DNA of 64,000 nt. Source: Podarcis liolepis. Lineage: Eukaryota. Positions 22,586 through 36,711 of the stretch are shown one piece after another. Under the pieces are notes generated by a model. That model was not told the DNA's origin. It did no database searches and saw only the letters and a list, made by a program, of their open reading frames with translations. The stretch lies in NCBI GenBank assembly GCA_965112155.1, contig OZ218101.1; one strand, written 5' to 3'. How positions within the stretch are numbered: position 1 is the stretch's first letter; every line of letters begins with the position of its first letter. The translations under genes and the position numbers were made by a program.

Positions 22586-25104
22586 CGTCTGTAACCTAAG
22601 GTACCACTGTACTGTACATGCATTTTTCTCCTTTCACATACCTAAAGTGAATGAAGGAAGTGGCAATTGCAATCTTGATGCACCCCCCCCAAGGGCAGGT
22701 GTGGCTACACCCCCATTGCTGGGGCTGCCGGAACCTGTTTTCAAATGGACACACTGCTTGGGCAGAATCAATCTGCAATGAGCTTTCATTTTCAGAATGA
22801 AACCAGTTTCTCAAGAAATACTTTTCAGGGACAAATGCAACATATATCGATTGTGTGTGGAATATGTAAAACGACAAGAACAAGTACCCAGACTCCACTG
22901 ATTCTAGAATAAGATTTTGTGTATACACAGTCCATGATTCATACAAGAAGCAGGTTCCTCTAGTATTTTGCTCAAAACTGGTCTGAAGTATGTAGCGGAT
23001 GGGAGGCTGTAGCATAGTCACCAAGTCTATGAGTCAATATTTGGTTCAATTCCACATTAGAAGATCGTTGCTGAATTAGACAGATAGCCAATGTAGACTA
23101 CTAGCAGAAAGAAAAAATTCCATAAAAGGAAGACAAATTTCAAAACAAACTCCTACTACTACTGTGCTTACTGATAAGTCCTCCTGCCTCTGACAATTTT
23201 AAAGCTTTCACTTGCCCCCAACTGAAGTAGGTTGCTGAAGAATGTCTTCCTACCTTCACATCCTGCAGACGGGGCTGCAGAAGTGGGAGAACAACCTTTG
23301 CTCACTCTTTTAGCCACACAGCGGCACCAGTTATAGGCATCCCAGTAATTACAGCCATTATCAGAGCTGCAAATGCACATGTTGTTGTTCTAGCACTATT
23401 AGGGGCATAATGTGTACAACAGAAGCTGTTTGCAGTGGAAAATGTAGGTTAGCTGCTCTAATGGACTGCATGTGATGTGCAGAAGGGGGTTCTTTTTTCT
23501 TTTCTTTTTTACACAACCCTCACAATAAAGGCAATGCAGTAAATCAGTCTTGATTTAAAACAGCAAAGGCAGGGAATGTCAGCCACTTGAGTAGATGTGG
23601 ACAAGCATAAACCTAATGACTTCTTTTGTTCATCTGCCATGTGGAACCATTCCAACATTCTTATCTAAGATGTGAATGAGGTGCGCTAATAGCTCTGTGT
23701 GCTTCTACTCCTGGAACTGAGACGCTAATGCAGGTAGCTTGCCCTCAGTCGTTTTGGCATTAATGATGTGAAATGACTCAGCCGGCTGCTCTCGACAAAT
23801 CTGAATTGGCAAGGCCCAGAGTTAGAGAAGGGGCTGCACTGGGCTTCCTTTGCAAACTGGCTGTGACCTTCAGCCAGCTCCAGACGCTAGCTCATGTCAT
23901 TTCTTGTTAAAGTTATCACAGGTGAGATATGGATATAAACAACAGTTGCCTCAGCCCTGCACACTTGCTAATAAGTGTCACAGAATACACAGGGGAACTC
24001 CCGTGCAGATCGTTAGACAAACGGCAAGAATGAAAGGAAGGACAGCTTGTCAATCCATCTTAAGTCAAGCTGGATGCCCTCCTGATCTAGGTTAACCTAG
24101 ATTCCACATATGGCAAATACCACGCATTGAATCCCACACCACCAACCCACCTTGGCATGCTGCTGAGCAAAGGTAGCCAACGTGGCGTCAGGTTAGTGAT
24201 CTCTGCTATACAAACTGTCAAATAACAGGCAGTGGTGCTGACTGACTGTAAAGGAGGAAAATGGTTCTGCGTCCCTCCTCCCAATATCTGATCAGTGCCC
24301 ATTTTGGACAGGTGGTGGGTGCACTATTATTACTACCCATCCAGCCATCTTTAGCAGGCAGTGGCGCTCTCTCCCCTAGGCCTCAGGCAGAGTTCTCCCT
24401 AACCTTGCTACCTTAGCGCACCCAGGCGCAAATGCTGGAGGCAGAACCAGGAATTATTTCCCTACAAAACAAGGGCTCTGTCACTGAGCCACAGCCCCCC
24501 CCCCCCCTCCACAGGCAAGTTCTCAACCTGCTAGGTGTATCACGTAGAAACTTGCCTCCATGTACTGGACTGGGGCCGCAGTGCGGAATAAGAATTGTAT
24601 GCCAAAGTTGTTGGAGCAGTTAGATTTTTAAAAAGGAACACACACACAAATCACTCACAATTTCTTTTTTCTTCTTTTTGCCTAATAAGGGTCTAAATGA
24701 TCTAGCCAAGCACTGTGAACTTTAACTAATCATTTCATGCTCCAGTAATAGCACCTATTATTTGACGTCACTCCTCATATTGGCAGGAAATCCAGACATA
24801 TTCCAGGCAAGAGACATTTTAAGTGACTTGTGATTTCCAAATGTGCTCTCTTTAGTATGCATGGACCAACTTCAAGATATAATAGATCTATATGAGCACA
24901 AGGCTGGTGTCATTTTTACTCTCATCAGTTGTGTTTAAAAGTTCAAGCTACACAAATCATTTAAGTTTACCGCACAGTTACACTTGGACAACCTACAGAG
25001 CTCCCCCTGAAGTAAAGGCACCCAGCAGGCTTCGCGTGCCAATGGCTGACACCCAGAATTTGGAGTCACTGTAGGGACCATTGTGGGTACTTCACTGTTT
25101 GGTG

Positions 25105-25590
25105 GGCATCTGTCTCTCTCGGGAGACAACAGATGTGTGTGCCTTTAGGGGTGAAGTCAAACTGTTGAAAGTTACATCACCAGCTGTGGCTGTAGAGACT
25201 GATACAGGAGAGAGATGTTTTGTTGCAGGTGGGGCAGATGAAGGCGTCCAGTTGTGCTGATGCACATTCACCAAGATGTTTCTTCTCTCTGCACTCCTCC
25301 CAATGGTCATTTGTCCTCTGGTCACTGCTATGGATACACAACCTGACTGTCTCCAGGCATTGCAGGGTTAATGTTGCCAGCCTTCATGTCATGTTTGCAG
25401 ACATCTTCTTAACACAGAGTTCATCTGCCAACAGGCCTGGTTGCCTGAACCTAGCTTCCTGTAGATCACCTACTTGGGGATCCTGCCATCTTCCATTCTG
25501 TGGACATGACCAAGCCAGTGCAGATGTTGCAGAGACAGGATTGTGGACATGCTGGGAATGTGGGCTTGGGAGAGCATGTCTTTGTTTACA
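25105..25590 (-). mobile_element. Old RTE-clade LINE 3' fragment
   Basis: Minus-strand frames give IPSMSTIL..HLHWLGHVHRMEDGRIPK, DVCKHDMK and FICPTCNKT..ISLYSH, with stops and frameshifts. Confidence 0.8.
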
Positions 25591-28500
25591 CAATCTACAC
25601 GCTCCAAATGCATGTTTTAAGCAGCCATTTTGGGATGAGAAATTCGGAATGGAAAATCAGTGGGGAAAGGGCATTGCTCTGCTCCAGTTAAGCCAATACT
25701 TTGCACAAGGGTTCAAAACCCACATCTGTAAGATCAGGCATGCACCTGAAACTGTGGAGAAAAATACCTGCTGAAGGTACAATTTGTAGAAGGGGGGGGG
25801 GAGTGGACAGGGAAAGGGTTAAGCCCCTTTCTCTCTTGCAGTTCTTCATTCTAAATCTCCCCTTTCCCCAAAGGGGCTCTGTTATATATAACATCCAGGG
25901 GATAATACACACTAGCATGTAATATGTAACTAGCCCATTAGCACTACAGAAAAAAGCTGAGAAAGAGAGTTGATTTGAAGGTGTTTTTTAAAACCTTATA
26001 ATTGAAAAGATTGCGTCCTTGGGATGTGCTGAAAACCCATTTTGCCTGTGGGCCTAACCTTCCCCTAAAAACCTATTTCTAAAGAGCATCTGGGCATGCA
26101 GGAGAAAGCAGCCTGTGGGTCCAGGCTGTGGCAGTATGGGCTGGCAACACTGCCCTAGCAGCAGCCGTCATTTCCTTCTGCTGTGTTGGCATTGGGTCTG
26201 CAAATTCTTCTTGATGAAGAGAAGCGGAAAAACAGCCCCAGCCATTGCATGTCACAATAGAAGAGCCTAGGAAGGTATGTGGGGGGCAGCAGGGAGAGAG
26301 GCGGGAGAAGAGGCAAGCAGACAACATCAAGATGGGAAGGAGAACCACCCTTTCTGGATGCATTTTGCTAGAGCCTGAGACAGCCGACATGTCTTTCAGC
26401 AGGAAAGCCCTCCACTTATGGCACCAAGAGGAGCAACACACAAACGCCAGTTGGTGCAATTGCCCATAAGAGGCTCTTGCAGTCAACTCAACTGGCTAAT
26501 TAACCAAAATAACAGCTAGGCTGGCAACTCAGCAGCCAGCTGGCAATTCTAGCAGTAGCTAAATTTCTGACAAAATTCTGGAAATAAAAATGAGCTTGCA
26601 ACAGTGCTGAAGAGGGAGCTCAGGGCTGAAAGAGGGCAAGGCTGCAAAGCTAGGGAAAGGTCGGGGGCTTCATAGCTTCCTGTAAAAGCAGTAAAGGTAC
26701 AGCCTGGATACATGATTCAAAGTCAGTTCTCAAGATTAAAAAGAAGCACCTTGGCAATGTACTTCACAGGATACATGCCTTCAATAATAAATGATGAACT
26801 CATAAATCAAGGTTGTTGCAAAAGTGGACTTCAGGTTTCTTCGAGGTTAATATCAGGCGATAGATTCTGTTTGTCTCTAGCTGGATACAATCCCTTATTA
26901 GCACTGAAATGTGTGGTAGGGGTGTTGTCTTCAGGCTGTTATTTTGTCAGATAAGACTGCGACAAAACAGGTTTTGCAGGCCTGGGAAAGAACACCAAAA
27001 CCTGCAACAGCCTTTTGTAGCCTTTCAATGAATATACTCACTATGGGGAGCAGTACCTCTCATTTAACATCTTCAGCACTTGGATAAAACTATTGTCCAT
27101 CGCTCGCCTCTACTAACTACTACAACAACAGACATCCCTGCTTCCTTGAGGAGGTCTTTATTTCTGGCCAGTACAGCTGGGAGAGCGGGATCTTGTATGA
27201 AGGTGGAATTCTCCCGTACTTCTGTGCAATGGGTCCAGGGCCTGTCAAACCACTGGGTGTGAAGATAAGTCCCAGGGTCCACTTTATTATTATTTTTTAA
27301 AAACTAACATTCACTCCAAAGGAATCAGAAAACCAGATTAGCAGAAAACTGGATAAACTGACAAGCATTTAGCATACACAAAAGGAGCCAGGACACTTCC
27401 AATACAAGACAGAAAATAAAACTGGGATTGGAACCATAAAAACAAGTCAAAACAACTGAGCAGGATCACACACATTCGTTTTGTACATCTATTGTTTGAT
27501 TGCAGTTTTTATATGAGCACCAAAAGGGGGAAGTAAAAATAAATAAATAAATAAATAAAAGTTGAAGCATGCCGAGGAAACTAAGTTTGCTGTTGCAGGC
27601 AGGCTGGAAAACTATCCTACAGGGGTAGCTGGGGAAAGAAAGGAGGTGAGAGCCGACCACCCCCAACACAGCTCCCAGGTAAGCAAGCAAATCCCACTCA
27701 GGAGCTGTTTTAGGACTGGTTCAGAAGAGGGACAATTTTTTATTTGTTTTTTCCACAGATTGTTGTTTGGTCAGATTCAGCGGGTTTTCCCAGGACATTA
27801 CCAACAAAAAAACCCCCTCAGACCCGTGATAATAGACCAATGCAAAATACTAGAAATCGTGGGAGAAATGAAAGTGTGGATGGCACACAATTTAATTCTC
27901 ACAAACCTATGAGAATTTTGCATCATTTCAAAGACATATCAGTTTGTCTTCAGAGAGCTAGAAATCCAGGCAGAACTGGGTGGTTTCCTCCTCCATAACT
28001 GAGGGAAGCAATTTCCCAATGGGTTATGTGCTGAACTTCCTTTTACAGATTAACAAGTTAAATCCTTTCTGATTAAACCATTAAGAAAAATGCACACCCT
28101 TTGAACCATCCCATAAATGCTATTGATGACAAGTACCTCATTCCTTAAGATAAAACATCAGTGCCATCATGACGAGTTCTGCTGTTGCAGAAATTGTGGC
28201 TGAGCTAAAAATAATAAATATAAATATAAATCAGCATCTCTGGCTTCAGTAAACTGGCATCATGTGCTCAGTAATGCCAAAGTCAATAATAGCTCCTCTC
28301 ATGATAGTGTTACAGTCTAAGCACTGCTGCAGGCCTTTGCTATTCTTGAACATGGGGATCAAAGAGATAAAAGGAATGAAACTCTGTGGCTTCCACTTTA
28401 TTTTCTAACACTCTGAGGAGCTTTACATGAATTCAATTGTCAGTGACATTGTGTCATTGATCTCTCTTAATATATCTTTTAAATCAGTAGGGCATCCGTC

Positions 28501-29603
28501 CCCCCCACTTCATTGCCTTCAAGGAAAGACCGGGAATAAAAGCAGTTGAGTGTGTGAGTCTCTTGAAAGAGCCACAAATGAAGTGGGAGTTTTCTTAAGG
28601 AGAGAAAATATCCGAGCTTTGCAGGTGGGATGGAGAAGAACTTTTACTTCCCAACATGCACTGAACCAGTTGAAAAGCAGCCGGTGCCAGAAGCTTCTTC
28701 ATATTCTATTTGTCTTGCTGTATTCATGACATGAACAGTAGGTTTCCTTTCCAATCCTATTTGCTAACCCTAAACAGTCTATAAAAATATACAACCCAAT
28801 GGCAAGAAAGCCATAGATCACTGAATCACTGATACCTTCCAATGGTCCTCCTACCCTCTGTAGAACATTAACATGTGTTTCTCAGTAAGAAAGTCGCCAA
28901 TATATATATTTTTAAAGCTACGAGCTGTTCCTGGTATAAAACTGAGTTATAAACTATTCTGAGGTGGAGGAATGTGACTGAACACCTAACGAGGTTCAAG
29001 TATATTGTAACAATGTCAAGAAATCATTTTTCATGCATTAAATTATTCTACCATCTCTATTCTTCCCTGTGGCTGACAGATGTTTGGAGGAGAAAATACC
29101 TCTAATTCATTCTCACTAAGCTGTCCCACACATCTCTTTTTCATCTAAAAAGAATCCCCTTGTGATTCCACAAATGTGTGTACATTCTGCACAGCCCAAG
29201 GACATACACAAAAATTTGCAAGGGGCAAGTGAGGGAGAACCCAAATCCTATCAGACAGTAAGAAAGGAAAACACCCTTCTGATTTCAATTTGTTTTGCCC
29301 ACATATCTCCATGAGAGGCTCCCGTGCTGGAAATAAATCATAGGAGGCATTTGTGATAACAGAATGTGTCTGCTTTCTCACATCTATCATTACATTAGAG
29401 GCGTTTCTTGCTAAACACCTCTGGAGAAAAATCTACATTTTAAGAAGATTGGGTATTGTAGATTTAGCAACATTGTACAGCTGAAAAAAGTGCACAAAAG
29501 GGCAAAGCAAATGATCAGAAGGCTGGAGCATTTCCCTGTTATGTTACAACATGAGTGGGGAGTTAAATAAATAATGGATGGGGAAATGATACAGATGTAC
29601 ATA

Positions 29604-30414
29604 CTGTATTTTTCGCCCTATAGGACACACTTTTTACCCTCCAAAAATGAAGGGGAAATGTGTGTGCGTCCTATGGGGCGAATGCAGGCTTTCGCTGAAG
29701 CCTGGAGAGCGAGAGGGGTCGGCTCCAGGCTTCAGGAAGCTCTGCGCAACCCTCGGGAGTCCCCGGCTCAGCACAGATCTGCTGCCATCCGGAGCGGGGC
29801 GCTAAGTCCCGCCCCGCTCCAGATGGCGGTGCGGAGCTGCCTGCCATCCCAGGACTGCAGGCAGATCTGCGCTGCCATCCGGAGCGGGGCGCTAAGTCCC
29901 GCCCCGCTCCAGATGGCGGCGCGGAGCTGCCTGCTGTCCCGGGACTGCAGGCAGATCTGCGCCGCCATCCGGAGCAGGGCGCTAAGTCCCGCCCCGCTCC
30001 CGATGGCCACGCAGAGCTGCCTGCAGTTCTGGGATCAGCGCAGCTTTGCGCGGCCACCGGGAGCAGGGCGCTAAGTCCCGCCCCGCTCCGGATGGCGGCG
30101 CAGAGCTGCCTGCAGTCCCGGGATCAGCGCAGCTCTGCGCGGCCACCGGGAGCGGGGCGCTAAGTCCCGCCCCGCTCCGGATGGCGGCGCAGAGCTGCCT
30201 GCAGTCCCGGGATCAGCGCACTTCTCCCCATCGCCAGCCCCACAACCTCGGGGGACAGCAGGGAGGCAGAGAGTGCCTTCCCACTGTTCCCCGACCTGGT
30301 TCTTCCAGCCCCGCACCTGGGGGGAAAATAATTTTTTTTTCTTTATTCCCCCCCCACCCAAAAAAACTAGGTGCGTCCTATGGGCCGGAGCGTCCTATGG
30401 GGCGCAAAATACGG
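29604..30414. mobile_element. TcMar-Tc2-like non-autonomous DNA transposon with internal GC-rich satellite
   Basis: Ends ctgtatttttcgccctataggac / gtcctatggggcgcaaaatacgg, TA TSDs (29602-29603, 30415-30416). Related short element at 52542-52711. Confidence 0.88.
29772..30220. repeat. About 5 tandem copies of an 89-90 bp self-complementary GC-rich unit
   Basis: Unit gcagatctgcgccgccatccggagcggggc-gctaagtccc-gccccgctccggatggcggcgcagagctgc-ctgcagtcccggga...; for example 29861-29950 and 29951-30039. Confidence 0.92.
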
Positions 30415-33400
30415 TAATTATGCATGATTTGGAGAAAGTGAGTAGAAAGATGATTTGCTTCCTGCCCCATAGAAGTTCAGGACAGACAAACAAAGTACTT
30501 GGTCACATGGGACATATTTAAACTATGGAATTAACTTCCACAAGATGATGTGGTGGCCATCACCTTGAGTGGCTTTAAAAGGGATCTGGACAAATGTGTG
30601 AAGGATAAAACCACTACTAGTCACGACAGAGATTATATATGGCCTCCAGGATCATAAGCGGCATGCCTCTGAAGACCAGTCTCTGAACTGCAGTGGAAGA
30701 GGACCATAGGTCTCCTCGGCTGCCTGCAGGCTCCCTGGCGCATCTGGTTTGAGAACAGGGGCCTGGATTAGGTGGGCTGTTGGGCTGGTCAGCAGACCTC
30801 TTATTATGTTCTTATGGCAGGGGAGACGGTGAGTTGTGACTATGTGAATAATACAACTGGAAAATCTCAAAACCAAGCAGGGGAGGAGACAAAGTAGGAG
30901 ACAAAGGGACAAGAACAATGGAAGGTAGGAAACAGGAAGCAGAAGACGGCTTAATAATTTAGAATGGGGAAATTTATCTAATCAGGAAGTGTCATTCAGT
31001 CAGAATCTATTATCAATTCCCCAGCTCTAAACAGATTTAGTCTAAACAGGAACAACATCCTATACTGAATAAACACATTCTACAAAATGTGTATTTTGAA
31101 TCTAGACTTGAAGAAATGCTGCAAAACAGAATGGTACTGTTGAGAAGACCACCCTATATTCTTACACAGCTATAATGGAGAAATTCGCTTAACCAGGATT
31201 TGAAGCTGATAGCAACTCTGGCTAAATGGAAATCTGATGAACTTTCACCTCTGTGAACATCTGCGCTGGAGCAGTAATGCCTCACATTGATTAAGGTGAG
31301 CCAGGAGAGTACCAATCTCATGATAGCCTAACTACAAGTTTGTTGAATCTGCACTGCTCCAACATAACTTGCGATATATTTGCGATGAATGTTGCAGATG
31401 TTCAAAAAGGCCTGAGGTGAAGTGTGGTTTAGCCACCACAGAAGCCACAGCCCAGCTGCTCATGGCGGCTGCAGCAGCTGCAAGTGAGGGGGGACAGGGC
31501 AATTGGGTCCAATCTCTGCACCAGCTCCAAGCCGGTCTGGATCAGGCCCAATGTCATGCAGCAACAGCAGCAACAGCAGTGAGACAGGCCAATATGCTAT
31601 AATTAGCACTAAATGGGGGGATGATGGTGTTGCCGTTGGTGGTGGCTTCCCAACTCCCTACAGTGCTTTTTCCATTTTACTCTTTTTTGCTATCTATTTC
31701 ACTTATTTTCTTCCTCTTTGGAAATGTTTCTTTCTCTCTTCTATAGTTGAACAGTAAGAGCATTTATCAAAAGTGGATTGTCAGACAATCCTTGGGTTCT
31801 TGCTCCTATCTATAAGGTGTCTGTAGGTAATTGTATGCATTACATAGTGCAGAATATAGTCACTGTTAATGAATTAGCAAGTACTAGAGATTGTTTATGC
31901 AGCTTTCCACAAAATTTTCATTATAGCAATAGTCTGTGCACCTCTGACAGCATTCTTGGCAGCAGTTACAGGAACAGCATCTTTGGGGAGAAAGCCATAA
32001 GGAAGAAGCTTATTAAATTTTGTAAATCATCAGGCTTGTCTGCAAATGCATGGCTTTGTAGTTGATTCAGTTGTTGGCTTTGAAAGTCTGCTATTAGGTC
32101 CATTAAACAGGCCCAGAGTTTAACCTGCCTTGTAAATTACAGAGAGAAGAAAAGGAGACACAGCACCTTGTTTTTAAAAGAATACAAGACCTGCATTGCA
32201 GTACACAAAGAAGTATGTTGAGAGCACATGCTGCATACTGTTCTACATGAATGTAAACTGATGGACCTGGAGCCTGGATCTTGATCACCAGGTATGCAGA
32301 CACCCAGTTCTCACTAGTAAAACCGAGCCAGGCTTTGCTATAAGATGGCTAAGAACCAGATCATGTGCTCAGAGCCTAGGCTCAAGTATTTCACCAGGAT
32401 ACAAGGCAATTTCTCTCTGTACTGGAAGTGGGAAATGAAGCATTAGCAACATCTGGGTTCATACCTGTGGAAAGGAAGGTAACATTGAACAATACTGTAC
32501 AAATAATCTGCTTGCATGGGCATAGACAGGATTTATATTGTTACCTGTGACGCGAGTGGTCAGTTTGTGGACTTTCACTCAGTTGGGTTGCCAGGGGCAT
32601 CATCCCCACCAAACTGCCACACCTTTGCAGCCTCCTCCCTTTACACCTGACAAAAACTCCTCCCTCTCCCTTTACAGCACCCCAAACCCCCCTCCCACCA
32701 GAGCTGACCCCAAATCACCCCTCCCTTTGCACCTTGCCAACCCCAAACTCCACCTCCAGTTACACCACTGGCAGGGGAGAGGGGAATGAAGGGGAGAAAC
32801 TCTTTATCCCCTTCACCATCCCTTTGAACTCACACACATGCCGAGAAAGAGAGAGAGAGCGCTGTGGGAGGCTATTGCAGTGAGGAGGGGAGAAAGAAGT
32901 CTGCGTTTCAAAATGTCAACTTTTTCTCTCCTTCCCAAAGCAGCAGCCATGGCTGTGGCAGCAGCGTGGAGGAGAGGAGACCAAGAGCAGACTTTCTCTC
33001 TATCAGCAGTGGCAGAGGGACCGTAGGAAGGCTTGAAATCCCACCCTGCCTGCCTGCCCAACTGCATCCACCTCCAGTTCCTTCCTCCTCACTCACCCGC
33101 TTGGCCGAAGACCAGCCCAAGAAAGAGGAGCTGGCAGGACATGCTGGGGGAGCTCCTCAGAGCAGCCAACCAGAGCTGCTGCCACTTTTCCTCCTTGGCC
33201 TGAGGCTGAAATGGCAGCGCTGGTATGAGGTGGCTGTTTCTCTGAGACCCAACTGGACTGGCCATCACCTGCACCACTTGCCTGGGCCTCCTTTGCCTGC
33301 CCAAACCGCCTGCCTGCTGTTCTGTTGTCATGCTACAATACGTGTGGCCAGAAGTGTGTTGACATTCTTACAATCTTATTATATACTAATATTTACTTAA

Positions 33401-36400
33401 TGTATTTTAGTTAAGCCCACCTGTCATATTAACACAAACAAATGGTCCCAAATATTTTCCGGCCCACTTCAAGAGCTAGTTATGTGCTCTCTGGCTCAGG
33501 CTTGCTAGCTTTTGCATTCCATCAGGGTTCATAGTAGCCCCAAGAAAGGCAGAAGGGGAATAAGAATCATTTTAAGTTGCAATGACAAATGTCACTATAA
33601 TCAAGTTTTGGGAAATGATAACCCCTCTCTGTTTGGGACACACTAGACCTCATTTTGAGAAAGGACTCAGGCGAAGACAACAACATGGCTGATAAGAGGT
33701 GTAAAAAGCAAATAAGACGAAAGTTGTGTGAAGGAACTGAGGGCTACTTCACACACACATTGCTATTGATGGATCAGTTAAGAATACACTTACATGTATA
33801 ACACACCAGTGAGACCCATGTGGAAGTTTGCATGTTTTACAGGGACATGCATAAGAAAAGCAAGAATGGCTGTAGAAGCCACTCCAGTATACACCTGGTG
33901 CCAAATCCATGTCTGTTGCCATGTGCAAAGTGGAACAGTCCTATGTGCCAGTAATTAAACACAAATAAGGCAAGTGCTTTTATATATGCCACAGAAAAGA
34001 GCAGCTAACAAATAACCTAGCACTCCACTTTAGAATTTAAAATCTACAGTTTAACTGCTAGCTTTTAAATCTAATCCATTACCATCACATGGTATTTAGG
34101 ATTTTAGAAAAGATATGTAAACTATTTTAACACCCATCATTTTAGCTCTTTTTATTTTATTTTATTTTATTTTTTGCCCTTAAGCTATTATAAAAAGTAG
34201 TAATTAATTATGCAATTATCCAAGGTTTTATGAAATTTTTACCAAAGTCACCATCCTTCATAAGGAATGCCCCCCTGACATCTTTCATTATAGGCATGAG
34301 AAAGGAGATTGCCCCCCTTCCTCCCAGGGTGAACAGCAGTTTCAGGGGAATAACTTTTGGCATGAAGCGAAATGGTTAAATCCTGCTCATATCCACCACC
34401 ACCCCTTCCAAACAGACTCATCCAATGCATTCATAAATGTAACGTCACAACTAATTTGGCCCGGAATCTTGCACATATTGAACTCAATTGTTTCATTTGT
34501 ATTTTATTCATATTCAGCTCAACTGTTTTCAACATATTGGAGCCTCAAAGCCGCTTGTGAGAAGAACGCACTTGCATTTTGCAACGAGAGGGAATCCAGT
34601 TTCTATGGATGTCTCTCTCACACCAGCTGCCGCCACACAAGCCACATTATATAGTGTTCCGTAGAACCTGTTGACCTTCCAGAGTGGCATTTTAGGAGCC
34701 CAGAGGCTGTCCCATTACAGGGATGGAAAAGAAACACACATAAACACTTCATCTTCCTTATATTTTCTAGGTGAATATATCCAATTTATCCCAGAAAACC
34801 AAGAATTTCACTCATTCAATTGCCAGAAAATAACATTCATAATATTGTCAGTGCTTGACTAGGCACACTCCAGGTAGTAATCTGAACAAAACTTTAAAAC
34901 AAACCCTGAATAAATGTGTGACAGAGGCTATAACTGCTTTACATTTATCACAACATTTCCTCCTTGTTTTTTTAGCAGCTCCCTTTACTCTGACATACAA
35001 CGCAGGCTGTGTTAAAGGGCAGTGTGATTAGGAACCAATCAGGATTGGAGTTTTTCTTGAACAAAGAAAAATAAGATTAGTCACAAGCCCTGGGTTTGCC
35101 TGTGTTGAACCAGCAGGCTAGAACTGGGGAAAATAAACTCAAAGGATTGCTTCGAGGCACTGAAAATAGGTACTTTACATCCTCAGCTGACAACAAGCCC
35201 TTTTGTACTTTAGACAGATAATCACATCATTATGCTAAATTATAATCTATAAGGAAGTAGTACACCTAAATGATGAAAATTCGGCTCCATGCTGAAAATT
35301 GTAAATCATTTTATGCCAACTGTCAGCAGGAAGACTATTAATTCATATTGTTTCCATCTGAGTAGCAGTAACAAGCACCTTCCTTCGAGTCATCTCTGTT
35401 GTGGATTTGCAGGTTTGGTGCCAGGATAATGATCACTCTATAATCCCAAAGTCACAAAACACAACAGAAGTTTTAACAGAAGTTTTTAAAACATAACGAA
35501 ACAGGTATGCACACTTACTTGGAAGGTCTGTATTACAATATTGTGTGTCCCAGAAGAATACTTTTTTAGAGTTCCTATTGAAACAAAGGAAATAGTACTG
35601 AACAGCTAAATGATGGATGGATGGATGGAGGACAGAACAACTATAGCTATATCTTTTAACTCTGTGTAAATGAAATGGTATTAGGCCAAAATATTCATCC
35701 CAAACTTCTTATCTGGGAGGGGAAGACATCCTGGAGGTGTCCCCACCCCACAACCTGCCAGAGCCATCTCTTCACTGGCTCTCCTGGAGCAGATCTGGCA
35801 GCTGAGTGAGGGGAGACCCCACCCAGAGCCCGTGAGCAGCACAGCCGGCTTGCTTGCTTGCCCATGGAAGTGGTGGGAGCGCATCCATCCATGCCCTGCG
35901 GGCCCCTTGAACTCCTTCTCTCACCACCTGCGTGCCCGGAGTCTGCTGCTGCACCACTTGCGGTCCTCTTGGACCATTGTGGCAAGGAGTGAGAAGGGAT
36001 GCTGGCTTGCTGAATGCACCATGGGGTGCCTACCTTGATACTCTGACTTCTTGCCTTCTCCTCCCAGCTGTGGGGACAGTGAAAGAGGAAGGGTTGTATG
36101 CACGCAAGTCCCAAAGCCGGTCAGGGGAGCTGTTCTGCTCTCCCTCTTGTATGGGGCAGTGGTTCTTTAACTGGGAATATGAAGTGTCGTTTAGGTTTTC
36201 TCCTCTGTGGGGAGGACAGCTTGGCAGCTGAAATGATGCTCCCAGACTGGAATACTTACATCTACTTGCCAGAAACTAATCAGGGAGCTACTTCTGCTCC
36301 TCTTTGTGGCCACATCTATGTCCCCCTGCCACCTGAATAGTCAAGCCTGCTGGCAACTGAAAAGCTCAGGCCTCTTTTGCAAAAACCAGCCAAGAACTGT

Positions 36401-36711
36401 GCTCTCTTGGCAGACAGACCATTGGGTAAACACCCTAGAAATTAGACCGGAAAGTAGTACAACCATGCCCCTTTATTTTACTTTTAAAAAGCATATCTGC
36501 TTAACCCCACCCCTCAACCTGCACCCACCACCCTGAGTTGTCTGTCTTCATGCAATGAAACCTTGGGAAGCAGCTGATATACGGGTCCAGGGGTGTAGGA
36601 AGGAGTTGACATGCTGCTAGCAGAAGCATCCTTCTCACAGTCACACTTTGTCGCATCCTGAACAGGGTGGAGGGAGGGGGAATATCAGTAGCTGAAGCAC
36701 AGACAAGATTG

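Larger units (their letters stand above)
29455..30812 (+). mobile_element. CR1 LINE 3' fragment, interrupted by a Tc2-like MITE
   Basis: ctgaaaaaagtgcacaaaagggcaaagcaaatgatcagaaggctggagca before the MITE and ggctttaaaagggatctggacaaat...agcagacctcttattatgttcttatg after it. Confidence 0.75.

Noticed and set aside
21915-22781. Antisense and alternative-frame ORFs over BovB (also 50115-51408)
   Set aside because: Shadow ORFs of the LINE coding sequence.
29574-30417. Repetitive ORFs and a CRISPR-like appearance of the palindromic repeats
   Set aside because: Spacers are invariant rather than unique, the DNA is eukaryotic and there are no cas genes. The ORFs are by-products of a 90-bp GC-rich repeat.
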